From Actinomycetota bacterium (lineage in GTDB: Bacteria; Actinomycetota; UBA4738; HRBIN12), in assembly GCA_036280655.1 (NCBI GenBank), contig DASUQI010000020.1, positions 86,049 to 150,048 of the forward strand: a stretch of DNA of 64,000 nt. The letters are read 5' to 3'. Shown here piece by piece: positions 43,223 through 52,862 of this stretch; the first letter of the stretch is position 1, and every line of letters starts with the position of its first letter. A model generated the notes under the pieces. The model saw only the letters and a list, made by a program, of their open reading frames with translations, was not told the origin of the DNA and made no database searches. Made by a program: the position numbers and the translations under genes.

Positions 43223-44959
43223 GTGGGTCGGAACGGTCGGATCGCATGGGGCGCCGGGGCTTTCGGCCTGGTCGCGCTGCTCGTCGCCACGATCAAGCTC
43301 TCGGGGGGATCGCTCGTCTCGGCCGAGGCCGAGGCCCAACGATGGGCCGAGGACAAGGCGCTCGAGGTCGTGGTCTCCGGCGTCGGCCCGGAGATCGTCG
43401 CCAAGGACGTGGCCGGCGACGACTATCGCAGGCTGCTGGTCCGCATCCAGGCCGGCATCCTCTCCGAAGACCAGGCGACCACCGTCCGGATCTGGCGCAT
43501 CGACGGGAACCTCCTGTTCTCGACGGCGCAGCAAGACGACGTGGCCGAGGTCACCCTCCCCGCCGAGCCGTCGATCGAGCGCGCCGTGGGCGGCGAGGTC
43601 GTAAGCGTCCTGTCGGACGAGACGACGAGGGTGCCCGGCCTGCGTCCGGCGAAGCAACCGCTCTACCAGACCTTCGTCCCGTTGCAGCCGTCCGGCGCCA
43701 CGTCGGTCATGGGCGTGGTGGAGATCGACCAGCCGTACTCGTCGATCCACGACCCGGCCCTGCGTCTGTGGCGGCTGCTCCAGATCGTCCTCGCCGTGGC
43801 GCTCGCGGGCGTCGTGCTGGGATTCGCCCGGTCGGCGTGGCAGCACGCCGCGATCGGGGCGCGGCTGACGGCGAACCCATCGGCTCCCGGGGCCGCGCGG
43901 GCGACGCGCGAGGACCGCAAGCGCGAGCGCGCGCGGTCGATCGCCGCGCGAGTCTGGCCGCGCACGCGCCGGGCACCGGCGGCGGACCACGTACCCTCCT
44001 CGGTTCCCTCGCCCGACGTTCGCGCGGCCGAGTCGCGCATGGAGGAGCTCGACCTGAAGGTCCGCGCGGCGGAGGCCGAGCGGGAACAGCAGGTCGGCGA
44101 GGTCAAGCGCCTCCGCGACGCCCTGGAGGACAAGGAGGCGGAGCTCGCGATCGCGCGAGAGGGCGTGAGCCCACGCGCCGAGGCGAAGCGGGAACGCAAG
44201 GTCCTGGCGGAGGCGCACACGCGCGCCGCGGAGGCCGAGCGGAAGGCGACGCTGGCCGACAAGAAGAGCGAGGACGCGGCGAAGCGCGCGATGGAGGCGA
44301 GTACCCGCGCCCTCGAGATCGAGGCGCAGCTCCGCTCGTCCGAGGAGACGATCGGCGCGCTGCGCAAGGAGCTCGCGACGGCGCATGCGGAGCTGAGCCG
44401 GGCCCAGGTCGAGCGCGACGGTCTCGCCGACGAGCGGTCGCGGCTCGCGGCGGAGGTCGAACGGATCGAAGCCGAACGCGCCGGCCTGGAGGCCGCGCTC
44501 GCCGGGTCGAAGGCCGACCTCGTGCGATCGACCACCGGCCTCCAGACGCAGATCGCCGCCGTCGGGTCGGACACGGGTGCCGCACTGCTCGAGCAGCGCG
44601 CCACGACCGCCGAGATGCAGGTCGCGGACTCTGATGAACGCGTCGCCGACGCCCAGGGCCCGCTGGTCCGGTCCGAGGCGAGCCTGTCGGAGGCGCTCGA
44701 GAAGCTGAGCGAGCTGGAACAGGCGAGGGAGGCGCTCTCGGCCGAGCTCGCGCAGGTGAAGGGCGTGCCGGTCGACGACATCTTGGCGCTCGAGCAACCC
44801 GCGGACGGGGTCGGTGGAGACGACGAGGTGAAGGTCAAGGTCGGCGGCGGCTCGGATCCGTCCGCGGAGCAGGACGACGACGAACCTCCGGCCGGACTGT
44901 CGCTCCGCGAACGGCTCGCGCGAGCCGCGGCGGCCCGGCACCGCGGCGCCCTCAGCTGA
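43223..44959 (+). CDS. Membrane-anchored protein with two TM segments flanking an extracytoplasmic domain and a long C-terminal Ala/Glu/Arg-rich coiled coil. The start is uncertain (GTG 43223 preferred over ATG 43070).
   Basis: Hydrophobic helices lie at about 43240-43300 and 43780-43850. A roughly 300-aa heptad-like charged repeat region follows. ATG 43070 would overlap the divergent ArsR gene. Confidence 0.55.
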   Translation: MGRNGRIAWGAGAFGLVALLVATIKLSGGSLVSAEAEAQRWAEDKALEVVVSGVGPEIVAKDVAGDDYRRLLVRIQAGILSEDQATTVRIWRIDGNLLFSTAQQDDVAEVTLPAEPSIERAVGGEVVSVLSDETTRVPGLRPAKQPLYQTFVPLQPSGATSVMGVVEIDQPYSSIHDPALRLWRLLQIVLAVALAGVVLGFARSAWQHAAIGARLTANPSAPGAARATREDRKRERARSIAARVWPRTRRAPAADHVPSSVPSPDVRAAESRMEELDLKVRAAEAEREQQVGEVKRLRDALEDKEAELAIAREGVSPRAEAKRERKVLAEAHTRAAEAERKATLADKKSEDAAKRAMEASTRALEIEAQLRSSEETIGALRKELATAHAELSRAQVERDGLADERSRLAAEVERIEAERAGLEAALAGSKADLVRSTTGLQTQIAAVGSDTGAALLEQRATTAEMQVADSDERVADAQGPLVRSEASLSEALEKLSELEQAREALSAELAQVKGVPVDDILALEQPADGVGGDDEVKVKVGGGSDPSAEQDDDEPPAGLSLRERLARAAAARHRGALS

Positions 44960-44962
44960 GCC

Positions 44963-45535
44963 CTACGGACGCGGGAGCGGGTCGACCGCGTAGGTCGACA
45001 GGAGCGCCGACGTGACCGCCCCCGCCGGAAGCACCTTCGGCATCGGGTAGTCGTACCGCCGGCTGAGCTCGAGGTGCGGCCCGCAGAGGGGCACCATCCT
45101 GCCCCCGCGATGGCGCACGACGACCTCGACATCGCTCGGGGCGTGGATCGCCCACAGCGAGAAGCATAGGTAGCAGACGAGCCGGACCCGCTGCGGGTAG
45201 GCGAACGCCGCGCGATAGCCGAGGTCGTGCTCGGCGATCAGGCCCCAGATCGCGACCGTGCCGAGGACCGCAGGATCACGTGTCCGGCGGAGCGTCTCGG
45301 CCTCCGCGACGGCGTGCAGGCCGCACGTGCAATCCAGATCGGGGACCGCGTGATGGCGGGACTTCGTGCACGTCGCGGACGCCGGCACGCGCGCGGGCCA
45401 CGGCTTCCCGTCGCCGGCGATCGGCAACAGCCGGACGCTCGACGCGTCCCGGGAACCGGCGAGGGTCCACGTGCGCCACGCGACGATCGGCTCGGTGCGT
45501 GCGGGCGACGCGACGTCGTACCGGAGCGCGTCCAT
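44963..45535 (-). CDS. Hypothetical Cys-containing protein (190 aa).
   Basis: The ORF has high GC3. No family was recognised. Confidence 0.4.
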   Translation of the reverse strand: MDALRYDVASPARTEPIVAWRTWTLAGSRDASSVRLLPIAGDGKPWPARVPASATCTKSRHHAVPDLDCTCGLHAVAEAETLRRTRDPAVLGTVAIWGLIAEHDLGYRAAFAYPQRVRLVCYLCFSLWAIHAPSDVEVVVRHRGGRMVPLCGPHLELSRRYDYPMPKVLPAGAVTSALLSTYAVDPLPRP

Positions 45536-45580
45536 GCGTCAGGGATCCGGCCGTACGGGTTCGGGCTCCGCCGGCTCTTG

Positions 45581-45632
45581 GGGAGCCGCGGGCTCCGGGG
45601 GAGCCGCGGGCTCCGGGGGAGCCGCGGGCACG
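45581..45632. repeat. An 18-bp tandem repeat (GGGAGCCGCGGGCTCCGG x about 3) encoding a PEPAAP-type proline-rich repeat in the small ORF 45539..45739 (-).
   Basis: Two perfect copies and one partial copy are read directly from the sequence. Confidence 0.5.
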
Positions 45633-45782
45633 GGGGCGGGCTCGGGAACCAGGTCGGGCAGCGGCAGCGAGACCGGTTCGATCTCGATGATCCGACGTGG
45701 CTGGCCGATGTCCATCCGAGCGCTCCCTCGACCGTGCACGAACAGCGTAGGCGCGCTCCGGCGCCGGCGCCACCCCCCCGCC

Positions 45783-46880
45783 TCAGAGCTGGACGAGCTT
45801 GAAGATGCCGCTGAACGTGCTGAAGTAGATCGCGCCCGTCGGCCCGACCTCGAACGACAGGGTCCCCCCGCCCGCGTTGGCCACCACCTCGCGGCTCGCG
45901 ATCCCGTCCCGGGCCTGGTTGATGGTGAGCCGCGTGATCCGGGCGTTCGTCACCGCGCCGTGGAACGCGGCGCCCTCGCTCTGCGGCCCGAGCCCGCACC
46001 CGTCGCAGAACGCGATCCCGGTGATCCCGATCGTCGCCTGGTACAGGGTGGCGGGCAGCACGGGGTTCGGGCCGTCCTGGTTCGTGTTCTGCGGCGCGTT
46101 GCCCGAGCAGGTCTCGTTGGGTCCCCAGCCGTAGTTGCGCCCGGACTCGACCACGTTGACCTCGTCGTTGCATTCGGGACCGTTCTCGGTCTCCCACAGG
46201 ACGTCCGTCTCGGGGTCGAACGCGAACCCGAACGAGTTGCGGATCCCGTACGCGTAGACACGGTCGTCGAACGGGTTGTCGTTCGGCACTCCGCCCCCCG
46301 GACGGAGGCGGAGGATCTTCCCCCGCTCCTCGTTCGACAGGTCCTGCGCGTTCGCGGCGTCCACGGCGTCGCCGACGATCGCGTACAGCATCCCGTCGGG
46401 GCCGAACAGGATCCGCCCGCCGTTGTGGGACGTCGCGCCGTTCGCGTTCGAGACCATCACGCGCCTGCCGACGCCGCGCCCGTCGCGGTCCCGGTAGCGC
46501 AGGATCTGGTTGCGGACCGCACCGCCGTCGATGTTCCGCGTGGCGTAGACGTACACGAACGGTGTGTCCGGGTACCGGGGGTGCAGCGCGACCCCCAGCG
46601 TGCCGCGCTCGCCGTCCCCGTTCACGCGGGGGACCTGGACGAACAGGCGGTCCCCTCCCGTGGCGCGGTTGTAGATCCGAACCTCGCCGGTGTTCTTCTC
46701 GACGTACCAGATCTTCCGTCCCGGGCCGAACGTGAACGCCACCGGCGCGTTGAGGCCGTCCACCACCCGGCGCACCTCGATCGCCGCCGAGGCCTCGGGG
46801 GGGGCGAGAAGCGTCGTGCCGCCTGTCACCAGGGAGGCGACGAGGATCCGGACGACCGTCCGCGCCGCCTGTCGGCTCAT
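45783..46880 (-). CDS. PQQ-dependent sugar dehydrogenase (soluble glucose/sorbosone dehydrogenase family), secreted.
   Basis: A signal peptide (MSRQAARTVVRILVASLVTGGTTLLAPPEASAA) is followed by beta-propeller motifs (...HNGGRILFGPDGMLY..., ...GIRNSFGFAFDP...). A GAGGAG RBS is present. Confidence 0.8.
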   Translation of the reverse strand: MSRQAARTVVRILVASLVTGGTTLLAPPEASAAIEVRRVVDGLNAPVAFTFGPGRKIWYVEKNTGEVRIYNRATGGDRLFVQVPRVNGDGERGTLGVALHPRYPDTPFVYVYATRNIDGGAVRNQILRYRDRDGRGVGRRVMVSNANGATSHNGGRILFGPDGMLYAIVGDAVDAANAQDLSNEERGKILRLRPGGGVPNDNPFDDRVYAYGIRNSFGFAFDPETDVLWETENGPECNDEVNVVESGRNYGWGPNETCSGNAPQNTNQDGPNPVLPATLYQATIGITGIAFCDGCGLGPQSEGAAFHGAVTNARITRLTINQARDGIASREVVANAGGGTLSFEVGPTGAIYFSTFSGIFKLVQL

Positions 46881-46906
46881 CTCGTGGCTCCTCTACAGTT
46901 CGTCGC

Positions 46907-49153
46907 ATGAGCGCCTCGATGTACGGGAGGATCGTCCGGCGCGTCGAGGACCCGAGGTTCCTCACCGGTCGTTCCCGGTACGTCGAGGACCTCGTGCCCG
47001 AACGCGCCCTACGAGCAGTCTTCGTCCGCTCCATCCTCGCGCACGCCCGCGTCATCGGCCTCGACGTCGCCGAGGCGGCGGCGATGCCGGGGGTCGTGGC
47101 CGTCTTCCGGGCGAGGGACCTTACCATCGCGGCCGCGCCCGGGGAGGCCGACCCGTTCGAGCGCCCGGCCTTCGCATCCGACGTCGTGCGGTTCGTGGGC
47201 GAGCCACTCGCGCTCGTGGTCGCCGACACCCGCGCCCGGGCGCAGGACGCCGCCGAGACCGTGGTGCCGGAGCTCGAGCCGCTCCCGGTGGTCCTCGATC
47301 CGCGGGCGGCCGCCGACCCCGGGTCGCCGCTCCTGTTCCCCGACGCGGGGTCGAACGTCGCCGACGCGTTCGAGGAGGCGTGGGACGAGGACGTGCTCGC
47401 CGGGTCGGACGTGGTGGCGCGGGTCACGGTTCGCCACCAGCGGGTCGCGCCCGCTCCGCTCGAGACCGAGGCGGTGCTCGCCGAGCCCGGCGGCGACGGC
47501 TCGCTCACGGTGTGGGCGTCGACGCAGGTCCCGTTCTCCGTGCGGGATCAGATCTGCGAACGCCTCGGCCTCGAGGAGGACCGGGTCCGTGTGGTGGCGC
47601 CGGACGTCGGTGGTGGGTTCGGCGCCAAGCAGGAAGCCTTCCCCGAGTACGTGGCGATCGCCGCCGCGGCGGCCCGGCTGGGCGCGCCGGTCGCGTGGGT
47701 GCCGTCGCGATCCGAGAGCATGGTGTCGCTCACGCACGGCCGGGCGCAGGTCCACGAGGTGGAGCTCGGCGCGACGCGCGACGGGCGCCTCGTCGGTCTC
47801 CGCGTGGACATCGTGTCCGACATGGGCGCCTACCCGATCGCCACGTACCTGGCGGACACGGCGAGGTCGATGCTGTCGGGCGTGTACCGCATCCCGCGCA
47901 TCGCGTCACGCGGGAGGTCGGTGGTGACGACGACACCTCCGGTCGGTCCGTACCGGGGGGCCGGCCGTCCCGAGGCCACCCTGTCGATCGAGCGAGCGGT
48001 CGATGTCCTCGCGGCCGAGCTCGACATGGATCCGGTAGAGCTCCGCCGCCGCAACCTCGTCCCGAACTACCGGTTCCCGTTCACCACGGCGGTGGGCTCG
48101 ACGTACGACGTCGGCGACTACGAGCGGGCGCTCGACGAGGCGCTTCGGCTCGCCGGCGTGGAGGAGCGGCGCCGTGAGCAGGCGGAGCGGCGCGCCGCCG
48201 GCGACCGTCGCGCGCTCGGGATCGGGGTCGCGGCCTACGTGGAGCGCACCGGGTCCGCCCGGAAGGAGTTCGCGTCGGTCGAGATCGAGGCGGACGGCTC
48301 GGCGACCGCACGGATCGGGACCTCCTCCTCCGGCCAGGGGCACGAGACGGCGTTCGCGCAGATCCTCTCCGGCGTCCTCGGTATCGAGGTCGCAAGGATC
48401 CGCGTGGTCCATTCGGACACCACCGCCGTCGAGCGGGGCGAGGGCACGTTCGCGTCGCGGTCGCTACAGATCGGCGGGTCGTCGCTATTCGAGGCGGCGG
48501 GCGAGGTCCTCGAACGGGCACGCGAGCTCGCCTCGACGTTCCTCGAGGCGTCCCCGGAGGACATCGTGCCGACCGACGGCGGGCTCGGCGTCGCCGGGTC
48601 GCCGGCGTCGGCGATCGCGTGGAGCGATCTCTCGGCGGCGTCGGACGGCGGATCGCTGTCCGCGAGCGCCCGACGCTTCCAGCAGGAGCTGACGTTCCCG
48701 TTCGGCGCCCACGTGGCGATCGTCGAGGTCGACGTCGACACGGGCGAGGTCCACCTGCTCGAACACGTGGCGGTCGACGACTGCGGCCGCGTGCTGAACC
48801 CGATGATCGTCGAGGGGCAGGTGCACGGCGGGCTCGGCCAGGGGATCGCGCAGGCGCTGTTCGAGGAGGTCGTGTTCGACGAGCACGGGACGCCGGTCAC
48901 CTCGACGCTCGCGACGTACCTGTTCCCGGCGGCCTCGGAGCTTCCGTCGTTCACGACGCTCCGCATCGAGACGCCCACGCCGCTCAACCCGCTCGGCGCC
49001 AAGGGGATCGGCGAGTCGGCGACGATCGGCTCGACGCCGGCGATCGCGAACGCAGCCGTGGACGCGCTCGCGCACCTCGGCGTCCGGCACCTCGACCTGC
49101 CGCTCTCGCCCGAACGCCTCCTGCGCGCGATCGGGGAGGGCGGCGCGTTCTGA
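46907..49153 (+). CDS. Xanthine-dehydrogenase-family molybdopterin-binding subunit (CoxL/aldehyde oxidoreductase large-subunit-like). No adjacent FAD or 2Fe-2S subunit genes.
   Basis: The 748-aa protein has the N-terminus ...GRIVRRVEDPRFLTGRSRYVEDL... and Moco-binding domains throughout. Confidence 0.88.
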   Translation: MSASMYGRIVRRVEDPRFLTGRSRYVEDLVPERALRAVFVRSILAHARVIGLDVAEAAAMPGVVAVFRARDLTIAAAPGEADPFERPAFASDVVRFVGEPLALVVADTRARAQDAAETVVPELEPLPVVLDPRAAADPGSPLLFPDAGSNVADAFEEAWDEDVLAGSDVVARVTVRHQRVAPAPLETEAVLAEPGGDGSLTVWASTQVPFSVRDQICERLGLEEDRVRVVAPDVGGGFGAKQEAFPEYVAIAAAAARLGAPVAWVPSRSESMVSLTHGRAQVHEVELGATRDGRLVGLRVDIVSDMGAYPIATYLADTARSMLSGVYRIPRIASRGRSVVTTTPPVGPYRGAGRPEATLSIERAVDVLAAELDMDPVELRRRNLVPNYRFPFTTAVGSTYDVGDYERALDEALRLAGVEERRREQAERRAAGDRRALGIGVAAYVERTGSARKEFASVEIEADGSATARIGTSSSGQGHETAFAQILSGVLGIEVARIRVVHSDTTAVERGEGTFASRSLQIGGSSLFEAAGEVLERARELASTFLEASPEDIVPTDGGLGVAGSPASAIAWSDLSAASDGGSLSASARRFQQELTFPFGAHVAIVEVDVDTGEVHLLEHVAVDDCGRVLNPMIVEGQVHGGLGQGIAQALFEEVVFDEHGTPVTSTLATYLFPAASELPSFTTLRIETPTPLNPLGAKGIGESATIGSTPAIANAAVDALAHLGVRHLDLPLSPERLLRAIGEGGAF

Positions 49154-49177
49154 TCCGCCGCTGCTAGGGTCGCTGCG

Positions 49178-50983
49178 ATGCCCGCCGCGCCGAACTGGGA
49201 GCTCCGGCTCCGGGCCCCCACTCGAACGCTGCCGACGTGGTCGCCGGGCGCGCCCGAACGCCTCGTCTTGCGGTCCGACGAGGGCGGCTCCTACCAGGCC
49301 TACACGTGGGACCTCGCGACCGGCGACGTCCGCCGCGTCACCCACGAGCGCGTGGGCGTCCTCCTCGCGTCGGTCTCCGGCGACGGGTCGGAGGTCGTCT
49401 GGTTCTCGGACCCGACCGGCGAGGAGGCGGGGCGGTGGCTCGCGATGCCCTTCGGAGGGGGGCGGCCCCGCGAGGTGCTGCCGGGCGCCCCGCCCGGGTG
49501 GCCGGACGGGCTCGCGCTCGGTGCCGAGCTCGCGGTGGGCGTGATCGCCGACCGCGGGGGATTCGGCGTCTACGTGTCCGAGCGCGGCGAGGCGGCCAAG
49601 GAAATCTTCCGGGACGTGGACCTGGTCTCGTTCTCGGGCACCGACGAGCACACCGAGGGGTTCGACCTCGCCGGCCTGTCGGCGGACGGGTCGCTCGTGT
49701 GCATCGAGGCGGCGAACGACGGCGACAGCCTCCATCGGCGGCTGGTCGCGCTCGATCCCCGGACCGGCGCCGTCGTGGGCGAGCTCGCGGATCCGCCCGG
49801 GTTCGCCCTGTGGGCGTTCGCCTGGTCGAGGGTCCCGGGCGACCGCCGGCTCCTGTTCGGGCACGAGCTCGCGGACCGGCTCCGGCCCGCGATCTGGAGC
49901 CCCGACACGGGCGAGCGCGTCGACCTCGAGGTCGACCTGCCCGGCGACGTCACCCCGATCGACTGGTGGCCCGACGCCGGATCGGTGCTCCTTCGCCACC
50001 GCTTCCGGGGCAGGGACCGGCTCTACCGGTTCGACCTCGCCCGCGGGACGATGACGGCGATCGACCACCCGGACGGCGAGATCCATGGCGCGCGCGTTCG
50101 ACCCGACGGCCGGGTCTGGATGCGTGTCTCGAGCGCGGACCGGGCGCCCGAGCTACTCGACGACGCCGGCGAGGAGTTCCTGCCGGCGGCGCCCGGCGGC
50201 CTGCGCACCGGCCGGCCGTATCGAGAGTGGCTGTTCCGCAACGCCGCCGGCGATCTCGTGCACGGCTGGCTGGCGATGCCACCGGGCGACGGGCCGTTCC
50301 CGATCTACCTCAAGGTCCACGGCGGACCCGACTGGCTGTACATGGACACCTGGTTCGCCGACGTGCAGTCGCTCGTCGAGGAGGGGTTCGCCGTCGCGAT
50401 GGTCAACTACCGCGGGTCGATCGGCTACGGACGGACGTGGCGGAACCACATCGTCGGGAACATGGGGCTCCCCGAGGTCGAGGACGTCGTGTCGGGTCTC
50501 GACGACCTGCTCGCGCGCGGCGTCGCCGACCCGGAGCGGATCGTGATCGGCGGCTGGTCGTGGGGCGGGTACATCACGCTGCTCGCGCTCGGCCGCTACC
50601 CCGACCGGTTCACCGCCGGCGTCGCCGGCGCTCCGGTCGGCGACTACCTGGGCTCGTACGACGAGTCCGCGCCGTCGCTGCAGGCGTGGGACCGGTCGCT
50701 GTTCGGCGGCGTCGTGACCGACATGCCCGAGTTCGTCCGCGAACGTTCGCCGATCACGTACGCGGACCGCGTCCGCGCGCCGGTGCTGGTGCTGATCGCC
50801 GAGCACGACACGAGGTGCCCGCCGAAGCAGGCGCACGACTACGTGGACGCGCTCCGCGAGGCCGGCGGCGAGGCCGAGCTCTACACCTACGACGAGGGTC
50901 ACAACTCCTACGTCGTCGACGAGGAGATCAGGGAGTGGCGCGCGGTGTTGGAGTTCCTCGGGCGGAGGATTCGGCTTCCCTGA
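49178..50983 (+). CDS. S9 family serine peptidase (prolyl oligopeptidase / acylaminoacyl-peptidase-like).
   Basis: An N-terminal beta-propeller is followed by a C-terminal alpha/beta-hydrolase domain with GGWSWGGY (the GxSxGG nucleophile motif) and catalytic D and H residues. Confidence 0.85.
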   Translation: MPAAPNWELRLRAPTRTLPTWSPGAPERLVLRSDEGGSYQAYTWDLATGDVRRVTHERVGVLLASVSGDGSEVVWFSDPTGEEAGRWLAMPFGGGRPREVLPGAPPGWPDGLALGAELAVGVIADRGGFGVYVSERGEAAKEIFRDVDLVSFSGTDEHTEGFDLAGLSADGSLVCIEAANDGDSLHRRLVALDPRTGAVVGELADPPGFALWAFAWSRVPGDRRLLFGHELADRLRPAIWSPDTGERVDLEVDLPGDVTPIDWWPDAGSVLLRHRFRGRDRLYRFDLARGTMTAIDHPDGEIHGARVRPDGRVWMRVSSADRAPELLDDAGEEFLPAAPGGLRTGRPYREWLFRNAAGDLVHGWLAMPPGDGPFPIYLKVHGGPDWLYMDTWFADVQSLVEEGFAVAMVNYRGSIGYGRTWRNHIVGNMGLPEVEDVVSGLDDLLARGVADPERIVIGGWSWGGYITLLALGRYPDRFTAGVAGAPVGDYLGSYDESAPSLQAWDRSLFGGVVTDMPEFVRERSPITYADRVRAPVLVLIAEHDTRCPPKQAHDYVDALREAGGEAELYTYDEGHNSYVVDEEIREWRAVLEFLGRRIRLP

Positions 50984-50986
50984 GCC

Positions 50987-52273
50987 CTACTCGCCGACGG
51001 TGATGAAGTTCCGCCACTCGCCGTTCTCGTCGATCGCCAGCCGCGGTCCCTGGTAGCCGGTCCCGCCATCGATGATCAGCGTGATGTCCTCGTCGGAGTA
51101 CCCCAGTGCGGCGAGGTCGGCGCGTTCCTGCGGGGTGAGGTTCTCGAAGTCGCTGTTCACGAGGTACGGCCAGAAGTAGTAGGTGCCATATCCCGGCCCG
51201 ATCTCTCGGCTCGTCGGCGGCATCTCGAGGATCTCGACCATGACGTCGAGCTCGGACGGGTTCGCCCGCCACTCGGGGATCGGGTCGCTCGCGTCGCCGA
51301 GGTTGTAGATGAACGTGACCGGGTCGAGGAGCTCGGCGAGCGCATCGAAGTCCTTGGCCTTCGCGGCGTCGTAGATCTGCTGCGCGGTGGCGGCGACGTC
51401 GGGCGGGACACCCTCGACGTTCACACTCGGCTCCGAAGGCGTGGCCCCCATCGGCGTCCGGATTGGCATGAGGGCGGCCCCCAGGCTTTGGCCCAAGGCG
51501 TCCGGATTCGTGAGGAGCAGGGTCGCCGAGCCGTCGGGGGTCAGCGAGACCTCGATGTCGAATGCGAACCTCCCGCCGGTGAGCTGGGAGCGAGCCGAAC
51601 CGAGCGATGGCTCTGCGGTCGGCCCGTCGAAGACGTTCGCCTCGACCGTGGGTGCGCCGTCGAACGGACCCGGGACTTCGCCCGAGACGTGGACGAGGGC
51701 GGGGTCGCTTCGGTCGTACTCGATCGGCTCGACCAGCATGTTGCCCGCCTCGACGACGCTCCAGACGCCGTTTGGGCCCGTGTCGCCGAGCTGCCGGAGA
51801 CCAACGACGACGGGCGGAACGCTTTCGTCGAAAGCGGCATTCGAGAGCAGGATGATCGCGTGGTCGTCCCGCTCCTGCGAGACCTCGGCCCGGACGTCGT
51901 CGAGCTGCCAACCGAGCAGATTCGTCGCGAAAAGCGTGGCGGTGCCGTCCGGCGTCGTCCGGAGTGGCATGTGACCCTCGTCGATCGCCTCCTGTGCGGT
52001 CTCGAGCGCGTCGGGCGACGTCTCCGGCCACAGCCCCTGGAACGTCGCGGGGTTCGGGCCGGTCGTCGTCGGGACCGGGGCCTCCGGATCCGAGGCGAGC
52101 CGGATCGCCGACACGCTCACGGCCACGAACGCGATCACCGCTACGACCGCTCCGGCTCCCGTCAGGGCTCGCCGCCCGCGGGCCTTCCTCAGCGTCGGGG
52201 GCGCCGAGCGTTCGAGCTCGACCGGCATCTCCGACGCGAGGTCGTGCAGCAGATTCCGCAGCCGCGTGTCCAT
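50987..52273 (-). CDS. Putative anti-sigma factor (N-terminal cytoplasmic segment, one TM, large extracytoplasmic domain) cognate to the upstream ECF sigma factor.
   Basis: It lies immediately 3' of the sigma gene with a 1-nt overlap. It starts MDTRLRNLLHDLASEMP..., followed by the TM ALTGAGAVVAVIAFVAVSV. Confidence 0.6.
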   Translation of the reverse strand: MDTRLRNLLHDLASEMPVELERSAPPTLRKARGRRALTGAGAVVAVIAFVAVSVSAIRLASDPEAPVPTTTGPNPATFQGLWPETSPDALETAQEAIDEGHMPLRTTPDGTATLFATNLLGWQLDDVRAEVSQERDDHAIILLSNAAFDESVPPVVVGLRQLGDTGPNGVWSVVEAGNMLVEPIEYDRSDPALVHVSGEVPGPFDGAPTVEANVFDGPTAEPSLGSARSQLTGGRFAFDIEVSLTPDGSATLLLTNPDALGQSLGAALMPIRTPMGATPSEPSVNVEGVPPDVAATAQQIYDAAKAKDFDALAELLDPVTFIYNLGDASDPIPEWRANPSELDVMVEILEMPPTSREIGPGYGTYYFWPYLVNSDFENLTPQERADLAALGYSDEDITLIIDGGTGYQGPRLAIDENGEWRNFITVGE

Positions 52274-52800
52274 CACTCGTCCTCCCACCGGTGTTCGGGC
52301 AGCTCGGCCCGAAGGCGATCCATGCCCCGGGAGACCAACGACTTCACCGTTCCCACCGCCACCCCGAGGGCCTGGGCCGTGTCCGCCTCGCTGAGGTCCT
52401 CGTAGAAGCGCATCACGATCGCCGCCCGCTGCTCGGGGCGCAGCGTCATGAGCGCACGCTGCAGGCGGTCGCGTTCGGCGAGGTCCTCGCCCGCGGGCGC
52501 CGTCTCGTCCGGCCGCTGCCGTTCGAACCACGCCCGCTCCACCTTGCGGCGGCGGAACTGCGACCGGGCGAGGTTCACGATCGTCCGGCGCAGGTACCAC
52601 CAGAACGCGTCGCGGTTGCGCAGGTCGTGGAACCGCCCGAGCACCTTGACGAACGCGTCTTGCACGAGGTCCTCGGCGAGCGCGCGCTCGCCGGTCAGCA
52701 GGTACGCGAGGCGGAGCGCCTCGGGGGCGTGGGCTCGGTAGAGGTCGTCGAGACCGCCTTGACTTGCTGCCTGGCGTCGCCGTTCCACGGTGAGGACCAT
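52273..52800 (-). CDS. ECF-type RNA polymerase sigma-70 factor (SigE-like).
   Basis: The 175-aa protein has sigma region 2 (...DLVQDAFVKVLGRFHDLRNRDAFWWYLRRTIVN...) and region 4 (LRPEQRAAIVMRFYEDLSEADTAQALGVAVGTVKSLVSRG). Confidence 0.85.
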   Translation of the reverse strand: MVLTVERRRQAASQGGLDDLYRAHAPEALRLAYLLTGERALAEDLVQDAFVKVLGRFHDLRNRDAFWWYLRRTIVNLARSQFRRRKVERAWFERQRPDETAPAGEDLAERDRLQRALMTLRPEQRAAIVMRFYEDLSEADTAQALGVAVGTVKSLVSRGMDRLRAELPEHRWEDE

Positions 52801-52862
52801 CTCACGGGCCAAGACGCGCAGGTCCCCCCGCGGGGTTCCGGGATCCCTGCCGACCAGCCTGT

